A DNA stretch of 53,383 bases from Octopus bimaculoides (GCF_001194135.2 NC_068996.1:40186784-40240166); one strand, 5' to 3'. Shown: positions 23,925 through 35,771, counted from the stretch's first letter. Notes: a model not told the origin generated them from the sequence alone. Translations and numbers: made by a program.

Positions 23925-24150
23925 CAGTTGTGGCTAAAAGTTTGGAACATTTTTATAAAATTAAAATTGTTATGTCTTGGTACAATACGATTCAAATATA
24001 TATTCAGGTATTTAATATAAAAAATTCTAATTTTCAGACCTGTGTTGCAAACTTTCGGCCTATTAATATATTGTAAATTAAATATAACTTGGCATTTAAT
24101 TTAAAAATTCTAATGTTCAGAACTATATTCCAAACTTTTGGTCACGACTG
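23925..24150. mobile_element. Tc1/mariner-type MITE
   Basis: TA|CAGTTGTGGCTAAAAGTTTGGAA...TTCCAAACTTTTGGTCACGACTG inverted termini. Confidence 0.7.
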
Positions 24151-24263
24151 TGTACGGTACATAGATGGCTACGATAAATTTTAATTTTTATTCGATGAAA
24201 TTCTAATTATGTTCATGTAAATTTTAAAAAATTCTAAATTTTAAATGTACATTTGTATTTTAG

Positions 24264-24359
24264 AAAGACATGGTAATCAATGCTGGAAATATATATATTG
24301 CTAAGAACTATGCAATGTGGCAAAATACGGTGCTGCAGACTTTGAAGCAGCTCTATGAG
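24264..24359 (+). CDS. LARS1: LeuRS exon 9 in window (phase 0 to 0)
   Basis: tttag|AAA...GAG|gtctgt. KDMVINAGNIYIAKNYAMWQNTVLQTLKQLYE corresponds to the IYVAKNYPPWQ region. Not in the ORF track. Confidence 0.92.
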
Positions 24360-24409
24360 GTCTGTAAAAATTTCCTTTATTTCTTTTTTCATTTTAATTC
24401 TGTAAAGTG

Positions 24410-24780
24410 CAGGTATGACTGAGTAATTAAGAAGCTTGCTTCCCAATTTTGTAGTCTTGGGTTCAATCCCACTGCATGGCATCTTGGACTGGTGTCTTCT
24501 TACTATAGCACCAGGCTGACCAAAGATTTGGGAGCGGGTTTGGTAGATGAAAATTGGGGAAGCTCATTGTGTGTGTGTGTGTGTGTTTGTCCCCCTACCA
24601 TCACTTGACAACTGATGTTGGTGTGTTTATGTCCCTGTAACATAGCGGTTTGGCAAAAGAGGCCAATAGAATAAGTACTACGCTTACAATGAATAAGTCC
24701 TGGGGTCGATTTGTTAGACTAAAGGTGGTGCTCCAGTATGGCTGCAGTCAAATGACTTAAACAAATAAAAGAAAAGAAAG
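24410..24780 (+). mobile_element. SINE family A (diverged)
   Basis: Head, CORE-like segment and 3' half colinear with 3551-3969. Confidence 0.75.
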
Positions 24781-24944
24781 TAAAATTTATATATATATAT
24801 ATAAATTTTAATTCAAAACTTATGAAAACAAAACGTTTGTACTACAGAGCCAGAGGTAGTTTTAGCTCGGTTGGTATCAAAAGGGTTAAATGATGACGAG
24901 AAGGTGAAGTTTAATTTCTGTCTGTACCTAAAACTATGAAGATA

Positions 24945-25600
24945 TGAGGTGCATTCTAGAAGTTTTGAAACTTTTTCAGCAAAGTTATTTATTAATTTCA
25001 AAGAATTACAAAAGTCTAATATCCTTCAAAGTAGGATCGTCTGACTTCAATGCACTTGTTGTAGTGCTCTAGCCACTTCGTGAAGGCCTCATGGAAGTCT
25101 TCTAAAGTGTAAGTGTCCACAACCCTTATCACAGCCTCCTTCAACTTGAAAACTACTGTCCCTGAGCTTCTTTAGATTGTGGAACAAACAAGAGTCACAG
25201 GGAGCAAAAATCTGGACTGTAGGGAGGGTGGGGGATAGTTCTGATGCTCATCTTTGTTCAAAGTTGTTGGTTACCAGGATGTTTGACACCAAGCACCCTG
25301 GGAACAAACTTTGCACAAATTTAGCTCATGTTCAGATCTTCATGAATAATTCTGTGTACAGTTACCACACCAACTCCAAAGTGTATGCTTATTGCCTTTA
25401 TAGACACACGACGGTCTTCATCCAGAAAATTGCATATTTTCTCAACCAGCTCTGATGTTCTGCTGACTCTCTCCCTCCCATATCTCTCATCATCTTCCAC
25501 CTCCTCTCTACCATCCTTGAACCCCCTGTGCCAGTGAAAAAAAGTTAATCCATAAGGAGATTGCTGTATTTCATAGGTTTCTGTAGCATTTGTGCCCAGT
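24945..25600 (-). mobile_element. Internally deleted, decayed mariner transposon
   Basis: - strand pieces: GTNATETYE, FKDGREEVEDDERYGR, KICAKFVPRVL, HPPYSPD/APCD (third catalytic D motif), EDFHEAFTKWLEHYNKCIEVRRSYFEGY*. TA|TGAGGTGCATTC terminus at 24943-24945. Confidence 0.85.
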
Positions 25601-25610
25601 TTAACTCACT

Positions 25611-26170
25611 TTCAAATACCTTGGTGCGTGGACACAAAGTACTGAAAAACATGTTGTAGCAAGGAAAGCTCTTTCCTAGAGTGTATGCCATAAATTGATA
25701 AAGGTATGGAGTTCAAAGTTAGCCAGGAAATTGGAAGTGAGGTTGTTTCTGGCAACAGTGGAGTCTGTTCTTCTATATGAGGCTGAAACATGGATGCTCA
25801 CTAAAGCATTGAAGAAGCAGTTGGATGGTTGTTATACAAGGACGCTTGGAATGGCACTGAATGTCTCCTGGACGAGTCATGCAACAAATGCTGACTTATA
25901 CCAGGGACTACCAAAAGTAACATTGAAGATACAGCATAGAAGGATGAGGCTAGCTGGACACTGCATCAGACACACAGATGAAATTGCTAACAAGCTCTGG
26001 CAATCAACAGAAGGAAGACGGCCTATATCGACAACTTGCTGGAGGATACTGGTATGGAAGGGGTACAGGAGCTGAGGACCATTATGGAAGATCGAGATGA
26101 ATGGGGTAAACGTGTAGAAACAGTCTTGGGGTGTCCTGAGGGATGATCTAGATAGAGATAGATAGAGATG
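25611..26170 (+). mobile_element. 5'-truncated RTE/RTE-X LINE (post-RT C-terminal region)
   Basis: FKYLGAW...LFLATVESVLLYEAETWMLTKALKKQLDGCYTRTLGMALNVSW...RRMRLAGHCIRH...EDRDEW. Contains a stop and a frameshift, and ends in a GATA-type tail. Confidence 0.85.
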
Positions 26171-27285
26171 GATTAACTCATAACATTATTGCATAGCAAG
26201 CTTCCAATTGTCCTGACTGTATTCTGCAATATAGACAGTTGTGACAGTCAGTATTTAGTAGAGTGTGCTCAAAGTGTTATTATAGCTGTCTCCCTCAGTT
26301 TGGAATAACATGTTGGCAGGTCAGCTTATTTGATGTGTAGTAATGAAACACTAAAATTAAAATAATCTAGGATAGTTATCACTGCCTCTCCTAAGAAAGT
26401 TCCAAAACTTCTGAAATGCACTTTGTAACTTATGGACCAAAATGGTCTCAGAAGGCCTCTTCCTGCAGAATCAACGTATAAAAATAAATAAATAAAAACT
26501 GGCCTAAGCTTTAGTAGTATAATCGGTCAGGTTTTTGGTTCTTTTGACAAGGGCACGTAACTCTACACATCAGTTTGCTTGTTAACACCTTTTTTTCACT
26601 TGAGTATTTTGCAGAAAAATCGTTTTTTATTATAAAATGTATTAATTCCAACAGTTGACAAATATGTAAATATTTTTGCCCTTATTTTTTTTTTTCTCTT
26701 TTAAAAAAATGGAGCCAATGGTCTGTGAACTGAGCCTGTAACCTGGTTTCAATTTTCACTTGCAATTGAGCTATTTTATTACATTAGTGTCACTTGGAAA
26801 AAAACATAGATGTTGTGAAAAGCACAATTGTTTAATTTAAGGTATGTAGGAAATGGTCTTTTGTCATAAATAGGTCACAGATGATAGATTGTAAAGAGAC
26901 ATTTGCTAAAATGGTAGGATCAAACAAATAGTTGAGGCTGTCTCTGGTATCTTGGGCAACATTATTTAATATACTTTTCTGTTTCTTTTTTAAGATAATA
27001 GTGTGTTATTTAAGGTAGATTTAGCTGCTATTTCTAGCAGTTTCAGCAGTCACATAGAAGCTCCTTTCTTGGCAGTAGTTTGTAGTGTTGACAGAGAGAG
27101 AGAGAGAGAGAGGTTAGGGCTCTGTGAATTTAGAATAAAAAAAAATTATGAATTTTTAAAATCTTGAATGAATTTTCTGTTACCAGTGGCTTTTTGTGAA
27201 GTAAAATATGATATTGTTATATTTATGGATGGTCATATTTTTGCCAATTAACCACATGCACTTTATATTTGGTCTTCCCTTCAGC

Positions 27286-27327
<42 letters not shown>

Positions 27328-27335
27328 TTAGTATC

Positions 27336-27385
27336 CGTTGTTTGAAATCTTTCGTCATACATCCTGTGACCTCTTCAGCAACACT
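27336..27385 (-). ncRNA. Degenerate hammerhead-like motif (possible Penelope remnant)
   Basis: The - strand gives gtgttg CTGAAGA G gtca-caggatgta-tgac GAAA gatttcaaacaac: intact core and stem II, imperfect stems I and III. Confidence 0.4.
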
Positions 27386-27661
27386 CCATCTCATGTGTTT
27401 CCTCCTGTTCTGTCAAGTGTACGTGGGTTGGAGAGTTGTGGAAGAGGTCATTGATGTGTGATGACAGATTTCAGACAAAGGACACTAAAATGCCAGCATG
27501 GACAACGGATGTTAAATGATGATGATGATGAATAAAGCTGAAGTGAAGATCAAGTTTATAGTGCATGTGTTTGATTGGCAAAACGACCATCCCCAAATAT
27601 AACAATATTTGTTTCAACAAATGATTTCACATCAGGAATCTTGCAAAACAAATGTATAAAC

Positions 27662-27900
27662 ATCATCATCATTATCATCATCATCATCATCATTTAACGT
27701 CCGCTTTCCATGCTGGCATGGGTTGGACAATTTGACTGAGGACTGGTGAGCCAGATGGCTACACCAGGCTCCAATCTGATCTGTCAGAGTTTCTACAGCT
27801 GGATGCCCTTCCTAACACCAACCACTCTGAGAGTGCAGTGGGAGCTTTTTACATGCCACCGGCACAGGAGCCAATCAGGCGGGCCTGGCATTGACAACCT
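27662..27900 (-). mobile_element. RTE 3' UTR fragment with (TGA)n tail
   Basis: Reverse complement of the shared RTE 3' UTR. Confidence 0.75.
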
Positions 27901-28099
27901 TAAAAGACAAAACAAATGATAGTCATTTTAAAAATTGGTTGACTCAAGAAGACATTTACTAAGACTTCAAAATCCCAATTTTACATTGCCATCTTATAAT
28001 TTTTTGTTTTGTTTTACTAATTCCATCACCCCCACTTCTTTGTGCCACTGAAAGTTTTGACGTTGGTTCCCATACGATAATTTGTTCTTTGTTTTGCAG

Positions 28100-28210
28100 G
28101 ACAATAATAACCAGTTTCCTGAAAATAAAATAGTTGCTCAAGAAGTGGGTAAAAACAAGGAATTGAAGCCATTTTCAAAGAAAGTGATGCCTTTTGTGCA
28201 AGTTATTAAG
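28100..28210 (+). CDS. LARS1: LeuRS exon 10 in window (phase 0 to 0)
   Basis: ttgcag|GAC...AAG|gtattt. DNNNQFPENKIVAQEVGKNKELKPFSKKVMPFVQVIK contains the KKVMPFV motif. Confidence 0.95.
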
Positions 28211-28540
28211 GTATTTGGTTCTAATTCTGTACAAATTTTGAAATTTTGCTATTTCCTCTCTTTGGAATGCCTTTCCTGTCATTTTGTCTTTTCAAACTTT
28301 CTTTCCTATTTTTTAAAAATTTGCTTGTTTTGTTGTACTTTTTTTAATTCTTTTTTGTTTATCTAATCTTTTTACCGTTTCTTCTCTCTCTCTCTTTATT
28401 TTATTTTATTTATTATTTTTTTTTGGAATATTTTAATTTTGGATTTCATCCTCTAACTGGAAACACTGCTGGAATTGACTTTGCCTTTCTAGGAATGGTC
28501 ATTGGGAGAATGGTTAATTAGGTTAACATTAATAATGTAC

Positions 28541-28765
28541 TAAGGCGGCAAGCTGGTGGAAACATTAGCACGCCGGGTGAAATGCTTAGCGGTATTTCGT
28601 CTGTCTTTATGTTCTGAGTTCAAATTCTGCTGAGGTCGACTTTGCATTTCATCCTTTCGGAGTCGATAAATTAAGTACCAGTTGCATACTGGGGGTCAAT
28701 CTGATCAACTTCCCCACCCACCCCAAAAATTTCAGGCCTTGTGCATAGAATAGAAAAGAACATTA
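28541..28765 (+). mobile_element. Nin-domain SINE, full length
   Basis: A and B boxes plus Nin core. Flanked by acattaataatgtac direct repeats at about 28526-28540 and 28760-28774. Confidence 0.8.
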
Positions 28766-29231
28766 ATAATGTACCAGCTAGGATGAGTATGTTTAACTCT
28801 TTAGCATTCAAATTACTCTCAAATGTAATGCTTATTTATTCACATTGTTTTGAATTAATGATGTATTATCTCATAGCTTTGAGGTTTCAATAATAGGAGG
28901 GTTTAATTTTTGGAATAACATTGTAGGATAGGTGTGAGAAGAAAAATCTGGCCAGTTTTAACATAAAACAAGTAGAATATTTATGGCCAGATATGGCCAG
29001 TTTGAATGCCAAAGAATTAAACGGAGAGATTTTAAAATTTAGAATTTAAAATTGGTGGAACATCAAGCAAAAGGATTTACAGTGTTTTGTTTTGTCCTTC
29101 TGTGTTCTGAGCTGACTTTCTGTTCATGTTCAACTTTGCTATTATCTCTCTCTCTCTCTTCTCTGGGTTTGACAAAATATTTACTTAGCATTTACTTGAG
29201 TTGTTTCAATTATATATTTCCTTCCTTTTAA

Positions 29232-29848
29232 CCCTTTCATTACCGTATATGTTTTGATATGCTCTGTGTTTCTTTCTGTTATTTTCAATCATCATCATCA
29301 TCATCATCTAATGTCCGCTTTCCATGCTAGCATGGGTTGGACGATTTGACTGAGGACTGGTGAAACCAGATGGCTACACCAAGCTCCAATCTGATTTGGC
29401 AGAGTTTCTACAGCTGGATGCCCTTCCTAACGCCTAACAAAGAATTTAATGAAATAACTTAGTTATCATTAAGCTGGTGTTAGAAACATAAATTATGACT
29501 AAGGTTTGGTGGAAGATTTTAATTCAGAACTTATGAAAACAAGACATTTGTACTCAGAGTGAGAAGTGGTTTAAACTGGGTTTGTATCTAAAGGGTTAAG
29601 AATTGTTTCTCTATTACATATTTTAACCCTTTTGTTACCATATTTCTGTTGAGATGCTTTGTGTTTCTTTCAATTAATTTTAAATATAACAGAGAATTTA
29701 GTAAAATAACTTAGTTATCATTAAGCTAGTGTTAGGAACATAAATTGTGACTCAGCTTTGGTGGAAGATTTTTATTCAGAACTTATGAAAACAAGACATT
29801 TGTACTACAGAGCCAGAGCCAGTTTCAGCCGGGTTGGTACTGAATGGG
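29232..29848 (+). mobile_element. Two adjacent piggyBac-type MITEs (family P2); the first is interrupted by an RTE 3' fragment (about 29288-29435, -)
   Basis: TTAA|CCCTTT...AAAGGG|TTAA at 29232-29595 and TTAA|CCCTTT...AATGGG|TTAA at 29627-29848. Confidence 0.8.
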
Positions 29849-30282
29849 TTAAATATGCATCTTTTCAATAAAATCCTTCTTATATTAGTTTAATGTTTGT
29901 ATCATCAAACCAGGGTGGTCTCAGGTGGGTTGGTATCAAAGAGGTTAAGGTTGCAGGCTGGCCAAATCACTAGCAAGCTAGATAAAATGCTTAGTGAGCC
30001 TTATGTTCTGAGTTCAAATTATACCCAGTCTACTTTCGCTTTCATGCTTTCGGAGTTGATAAAAGTATCAACTAACACCTCTCCTTCAAAATTTTGAGGC
30101 CTTGTGCCTATAGTAGGAAGAATTATAGGCTTTGCTGAGCTTGACCTTTGGAGGTTGATAAATTAATTACCTGATAAACATTGGGGCTGATGTAAACGAC
30201 CAGCTTCCTTTCGCTCAAAATTTCAGGCCATGTGCCAATAGTATAAAGAAAGAATTATAAAAAATGAATTACATTGTTTTAT

Positions 30283-30795
30283 TCTGTTGTGTCTGGGGAG
30301 AGTCATTCTCTTTTAGTGCCTTATTATTTAACATACTCACTGGTAAAATTCCCACTCATTTACTTATTTATTTTTCTAAAATTTTAGAAAAATAAAAAAA
30401 TAAATAAATAGGCGTAGGAGTGGCTGTGTGGTAAGTAGCTTGCTTACCAACCACATGGTTCCGGGTTCAGTCCCACTGCGTGGCACCTTGGCCAAGTGTC
30501 TTCTAGTCGGGCCGACCAAAGCCTTGTGAGTGGATTTGGTAGATGGAAACTGACAGAAGCCCATCAAATNNNNNNNNNNNNNNNNNNNNNNNNNNNNNNN
30601 NNNNNNNNNNNNNNNNNNNNNNNNNNNNNNNNNNNNNNNNNNNGACTAATGGCAGTGCTTCAGCATGGCCACAGTCAAATGACTGAAACAAGTAAAAGAG
30701 AAAAGTAAATAAATTAATGAGTGGAAATTTTACCAGTGAGTGTGTTAAATTATAAGGCACTAAAAGAGAATGACTCTACCCTGACAACAAAATAT
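30283..30795. repeat. Inverted repeat (about 95-bp arms) enclosing a family A SINE (30410-30700, +) and a gap
   Basis: 30295-30375 is the near reverse complement of 30703-30782. Confidence 0.8.
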
Positions 30796-30887
30796 GCTTC
30801 AACACATGAACTCACATAAAGAATCTTGCAAACCAAATCTAAAAACGAAATACATTGTTTTATTTTTGTTGTTTTCTCTTCTCACAG

Positions 30888-30992
30888 AAAAACTTTGAGC
30901 AACACGGGTTGAAAGCTCTCAATTTGACACTGCCATTTGACGAGAAACTGGTTCTGGAAATAAATGCATCCTACATTTTGAATACACTTCAG
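30888..30992 (+). CDS. LARS1: LeuRS exon 11 in window (phase 0 to 0)
   Basis: cacag|AAA...CAG|gtaagt. KNFEQHGLKALNLTLPFDEKLVLEINASYILNTLQ corresponds to L..FDE..VL..N..YL.NSL. Confidence 0.94.
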
Positions 30993-31017
30993 GTAAGTTG
31001 TTTTTCGNNNNNNNNNN

Positions 31018-31103
31018 ATTTGACACTGCCATTTGACGAGAAACTGGTTCTGGAAATAAATGCATCCTACATTTTGAATACACTTCAGGTAAGTTGTTTT
31101 TCG
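31018..31103 (+). repeat. Exact duplicate of 30922-31007 across a 10-N gap (probable assembly overlap)
   Basis: Identical 86 nt containing the 3' part of exon 11 and its donor, but no acceptor. Confidence 0.85.
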
Positions 31104-31128
31104 TGCCAAACATGCTACCTTTAAAAGA

Positions 31129-31181
<53 letters not shown>

Positions 31182-31479
31182 TTCAAACAATTATAAAGAA
31201 TGTGGAGACTGGTACATCATCAAATATTTCTTTTAATTTTAGATTTGGTTATACAGCATAATTATAAACCAACTGTAAAATTGAAAGAAAGATTTGATGA
31301 TGTACCAGACAGGATTTTAAATGACCCAAAACAATGTATATAAAAGCATTGTAATCTCCTATGTTCCAATAAATAGCAGATTCTACCAACATGGTCTCTT
31401 TCTCAGTTTCTGTGATTGCTCAGCATTGCTATATTTAAGGGGGAGCATTTCATTCTTTGAGTATCTGCTTTTTCTTTTA

Positions 31480-31865
31480 TCTCTCATTTCAGTCATTAAT
31501 CTGTGGCCATGCTGGGGCACCACCTTGAAGAGGTTTAGTCAAGCAAATTGACCCTAGCACTTATTTTTATCTAAGCCTGGTACTTATTCTATCAGTTTCA
31601 TTTTGTCATACCACTAAGTTATGGGGGATGTAAACAACCGAAAACTGATTGTCAAGCAACGATGGGGGGACAAACACACACACACACACACAAACACACA
31701 TACGACAGGCTTCTTTCAGTTTCTCTTTACCAAGTTCACTCACTAGGCTTTGGTGGGTCCACATAGAAAAAGACATATTTACTCAAGGTGCCATGCGGTG
31801 GGGTTGAACTCCCAACCATGTGGCTGAGCCACAGATTCCTTACCACAGATCCAAGGCCTGCACCT
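31480..31865 (-). mobile_element. SINE family A (diverged)
   Basis: Reverse complement of family A. Confidence 0.7.
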
Positions 31866-31914
31866 ACATGCAAAGTAAATCCGTTAATGTTTTTCTTTCT
31901 TTCCTTTTAACCAG

Positions 31915-32013
31915 CTTAAAGAACTAAAGATTCGTTTTGCCCACGATTCAAATGATAAAAAGATAATCGAAACCTGCTGTCCTGGTAAACCAATCATTTC
32001 ACTCTACACGAGG
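31915..32013 (+). CDS. LARS1: LeuRS exon 12 in window (phase 0 to 0); last exon identifiable
   Basis: accag|CTT...AGG|gtaagt. LKELKIRFAHDSNDKKIIETCCPGKPIISLYTR contains the conserved CCPGKP motif. There is no stop codon, so at least one further exon is expected. Confidence 0.94.
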
Positions 32014-32459
32014 GTAAGTCTACTTCTTTTATTTGTAAATACAATGAAGAAATTTTGTTGGGTGTCACCAAGTCAGTTGATTGTTCATTGTCATCATCAT
32101 CATCATCATCATTATCATTGTCATCGTCATTGTCTGCTTTCCATGCTGGCATGGGTTGAATGATATGACAGGAGCTTGCCAGCTCTAGAGCTGCCCCAGG
32201 CTCCAATTGTCTGTTCTGGCATGGTTTTTATGGTTGGATGCCCTTCCTAATGCCAACCATGTTACAGTCTGTGCTGGGTGCTTCTTACATACCACTGGTA
32301 TGAATGCAATTTATGTGGCACCTGCATGAGTACAGTTTTTCACATGACACTGGCATCTGCAAGACAAAGATTTTTCAGGCTGGGAGAGGGAATTGGGGGT
32401 ATGGCTATAAAGGACATACCCATATGTATATATGGATGGATGGCAGCAATTTTACTTAC

Positions 32460-32872
32460 CTTACTCTTTTACTTGTTTCAGTCATTTGACTGTGGCCATG
32501 CTGGAGCACCGCCTTTAGTCGAGCAAATTGACCCCAGGACTTATTCTTTGTAAGCCTAGTACTTATTCTATCAGACTCTTTTACTGAACCACTAAGTTAT
32601 GGGGATGTAAACACACCAGCATCGGTTGTCAAGCGATGTTGGGGGGACAAACACAGACACACAAACATATACGCAAACACACACACATACATATATATAC
32701 ATATATATGATGGGCTTCTTTCAGTTTCCGTCTACCAAATCCACTCACAAGGCTTTGGTCGGTCCGAGGCTATATTAAAAGACACTTGCCCAAGGTGCCA
32801 CGCAGTGGAACTGAACCCGGAACCATGTGGTTCATAAGCAAGCTACTTACCACACAGCCACTCCTGCGCCTT
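32460..32872 (-). mobile_element. SINE family A, near full length
   Basis: Reverse complement of family A with an intact head and tail. Confidence 0.85.
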
Positions 32873-33365
32873 AGTGGATTGAAAAGAAAAACCCTTGAAA
32901 TTTCAATATACAAGATTGTAATATTTTTTTCATCATTGCACATGTGTGTGTGTGTGGGTGTTGAGCAATGCAATAATACATGAAATATAGTAGTAGTAGT
33001 AGTAGTAGTAGTGTACATGCTAATTTCATTTGTAATCATAGCATAACTATTTAGCATTTAAACTGGCCATATCTGGTCAAAATATTCTCCATTTTATGGT
33101 TACACCAACCAGATCTGGCCTCTCACGTCTGTCTTACAATGTCATTCTAAAAATAATCACATCATTGAAATCTCAAAGCTTTGAGATAACTCATGATTAA
33201 TTCAAATCAATGTGAATAAATAAGCATTACATTTAAGAGAGTATTTGAATGCTAGAGAGTTAAAAAAAAAATTTCTTTTGCATTATTTTTACTAAAAGTT
33301 ACATAGTTTATCAAGAATCAAATGTTAATAATCAAATGTATTTAGTATCTTAAATATCACACACA

Positions 33366-33842
33366 AAGTGCAAGTGAGACCACTGCGCTGGTATGGTCAT
33401 GTGTTGCGTATGGATGAGGACAGCTGTGTAAAAAGGTGGTGATCTCTAAACTTGGAGGGAACCTGTAGAAGAGGTAGACCCAGGAAAACATGAGATGAGG
33501 TGGTGAAGCGTGATCTTTGAGCGTTGGTCCTCATAGAAGCAATGACAAGTGACCGAGACCTTTGGTGATATGTTGTGCTTGAGAAAACCTATCAAACCAA
33601 GTAAAACCATAGTCGTAGCTGATGCCAGTGTCACGTACAGGCACCTGTGCTGGTGACATGCAAAAAGCCCCCATTACACTCTTAGAGTGGTTGGTATTGG
33701 GAAGGGCATCCAGCTGTAGAAATCATGCCAAAATCAGATTTGAACCTTGTGCAGCTCTCCAGCTTAACAGGTTTCAGTCAAACTGTCTAACCCATGCCAG
33801 CATGGAAAGCAGATGCTAAATGATGATGATGATGATGATGAC
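33366..33842 (+). mobile_element. RTE-clade LINE 3' end (ORF tail, 3' UTR and (TGA)n)
   Basis: VQVRPLRWYGHVLRMDEDSCVKRW*SLNLEGTCRRGRPRKT*DEVVKRDL...MTSDRDLW links the abundant 3' UTR fragments to an RTE ORF. Confidence 0.85.
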
Positions 33843-34462
33843 TGAAAAAATTTCCATGTGATTCAATCTCTGATGTAGGTGAAAAAAAAAAAAAAAAGGC
33901 AAAAATGTAGTCTTTTTCTTGCTTGGTTTATATTGTAATGACAATTATTTTTTACCTTTGTCAGTTATGTATACTAAAAGCTTTGCTCCATGTGTATGTA
34001 TGTGTGTGTGTATGTGCATGTGTTTATAAAGACAACGGTTGTTTCTTTCATGTTACTTGTTCTTATTTATTTTGATTATACCATTTATTGTTCATATTCA
34101 TTTGATGCAACTCACGTTAAAACCAATTTTCATGGTAACATACACACTGAAGGAGAACTGGAAAGGAGAGTATTATGTCAAAGATTTAACAATATCACAT
34201 TGAATTTGTTATGTTTTCTATAGTTTCTGATATGTGTGATGAAGAAGTTTATTTCCCAACCGTATAGCTCTGGGTTCAGTCCCTGTAGTGATTTTGCTGG
34301 ATTTGAACCTGTTAGGTGGAGCGTTGTATCACTCTCATAACAGGTGAATATGTTCATTTATTTGATATCAAGTGGACTCTTCCTTTGTTAAGTGTTTTAG
34401 CTTGTGCTAGATGTATGTATAAATTACTTGTTTTAAAAAGCATTAATTTTTCTTCTAGTATA

Positions 34463-35178
34463 CTGCGACCCACAAGGAAGTGGCGCCATTTCTTTATCGC
34501 TTCAACAATAGCATATGCTTCTTTTTCAACAGCCAAATGATGCTTTTCGGAAAAAGTTGAACGTACACAAGAAAAGAGCAACTGGTTGGCCATCCTGGTT
34601 CAATGTAGTGGTGATAGCCACATTGGATGCGTCTATTTCGACTGAAAAAGGCAAATTATCGTCAATTTGCATCTTTAATAAATAAATAAATAAATGCTCC
34701 CTTTTAAAGCCTAGCCAGGCTCATGGGCTCGGTTTCCCGGTTTCAATGGCGTATGTATTCCCCAACTGGATGGAACACCAGTCTATCGCAGCGTAACTCA
34801 TTTTTGCCAGCTGAGTGGACTGGAGCAACATGAAATGAAGTGTTTTGCTCAAGAACACAACGCGTTGCCCGATCCAGGAATCGAAACCATAATCTTACGA
34901 TCATGATGCTGACACCCTAACCACTAAGCCATGTGCCTCCACAATTTGCATCTTTACAGCATTTAAAATCATGGATTTCAGGACTTTGATGGCATCAACC
35001 TCCTCTTTAGACAGTGGAAAAATAGAAGTGTTTGTTAGTGGATGTATTCAGTGTGAAAAGCACGGAACCCATTTCGAATAGTATGCAAATAATCCCAAAA
35101 TACGTGAGAGAGATACTTTTTATTTTGTGGTAAAGGGATATCTTTCAGGGCAGAAAAGTGCGATGGGTCAGGTCGCAT
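34463..35178 (-). mobile_element. Ty3/Gypsy pol fragment (RT connection and RNase H), interrupted by a SINE
   Basis: MRPDPSHFSALKDIPLP../LGLFAYYSKWVPCFS..AVKMQIDDNLPFSVEIDASNVAITTTLNQDGQPVALF../EKEAYAIVEAIKKWRHFLVGR. Confidence 0.88.
34678..34941 (-). mobile_element. CORE-like SINE family B, tail A, inserted in the Gypsy fragment
   Basis: Perfect 15-bp TSD caatttgcatcttta at 34663-34677 and 34942-34956. Confidence 0.9.
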
Positions 35179-35555
35179 GGCACCTTGGGCAAGTGTCTTC
35201 TGTTTTAGCACCCAGGCTGACACCAAAGCCTTGTGAGTGGATTTAGTAGATGGGAAACTGAAACAAACCCATCATGTAAATTTGTATGTGTGTGTGTGTA
35301 CCTTTGTCTAGACATTACATGAAGATTATAACTGAGCATTGTCACATAGTCAAGATTGGGTACTACTATAGTATATCTACCAACCATACATTTCCTACTA
35401 TAGTATGGCATCTACTATTAATTTTCTACTATAGTATATCTACCAGCTGTTGGTAGTATGAAATATGTTAAAAATCATTAAACATTTATTCTACAAAAGA
35501 AAAAAAGCATAATAAACAGTTTGTAGTGTAAAACTTATAAAAAATCATTAACACC

Positions 35556-35771
35556 TTACTCTTTTACTTGTTTCAGTCACTTGACTGTAGCCATGCTGGA
35601 GCACTGCCTTTAGTCGAGCAAATCGACCCCAGGACTTATTCTTTGTAAGCCTAGTCCTTATTCTATCAGTGTCTTTTGCCGAACCGCTAAGTTACGGGGA
35701 CGTAAACACACCAGCATCGGTTGTCAAGCGATGTTGGGAGGACAAACAGACACACAAACATATACACACAC

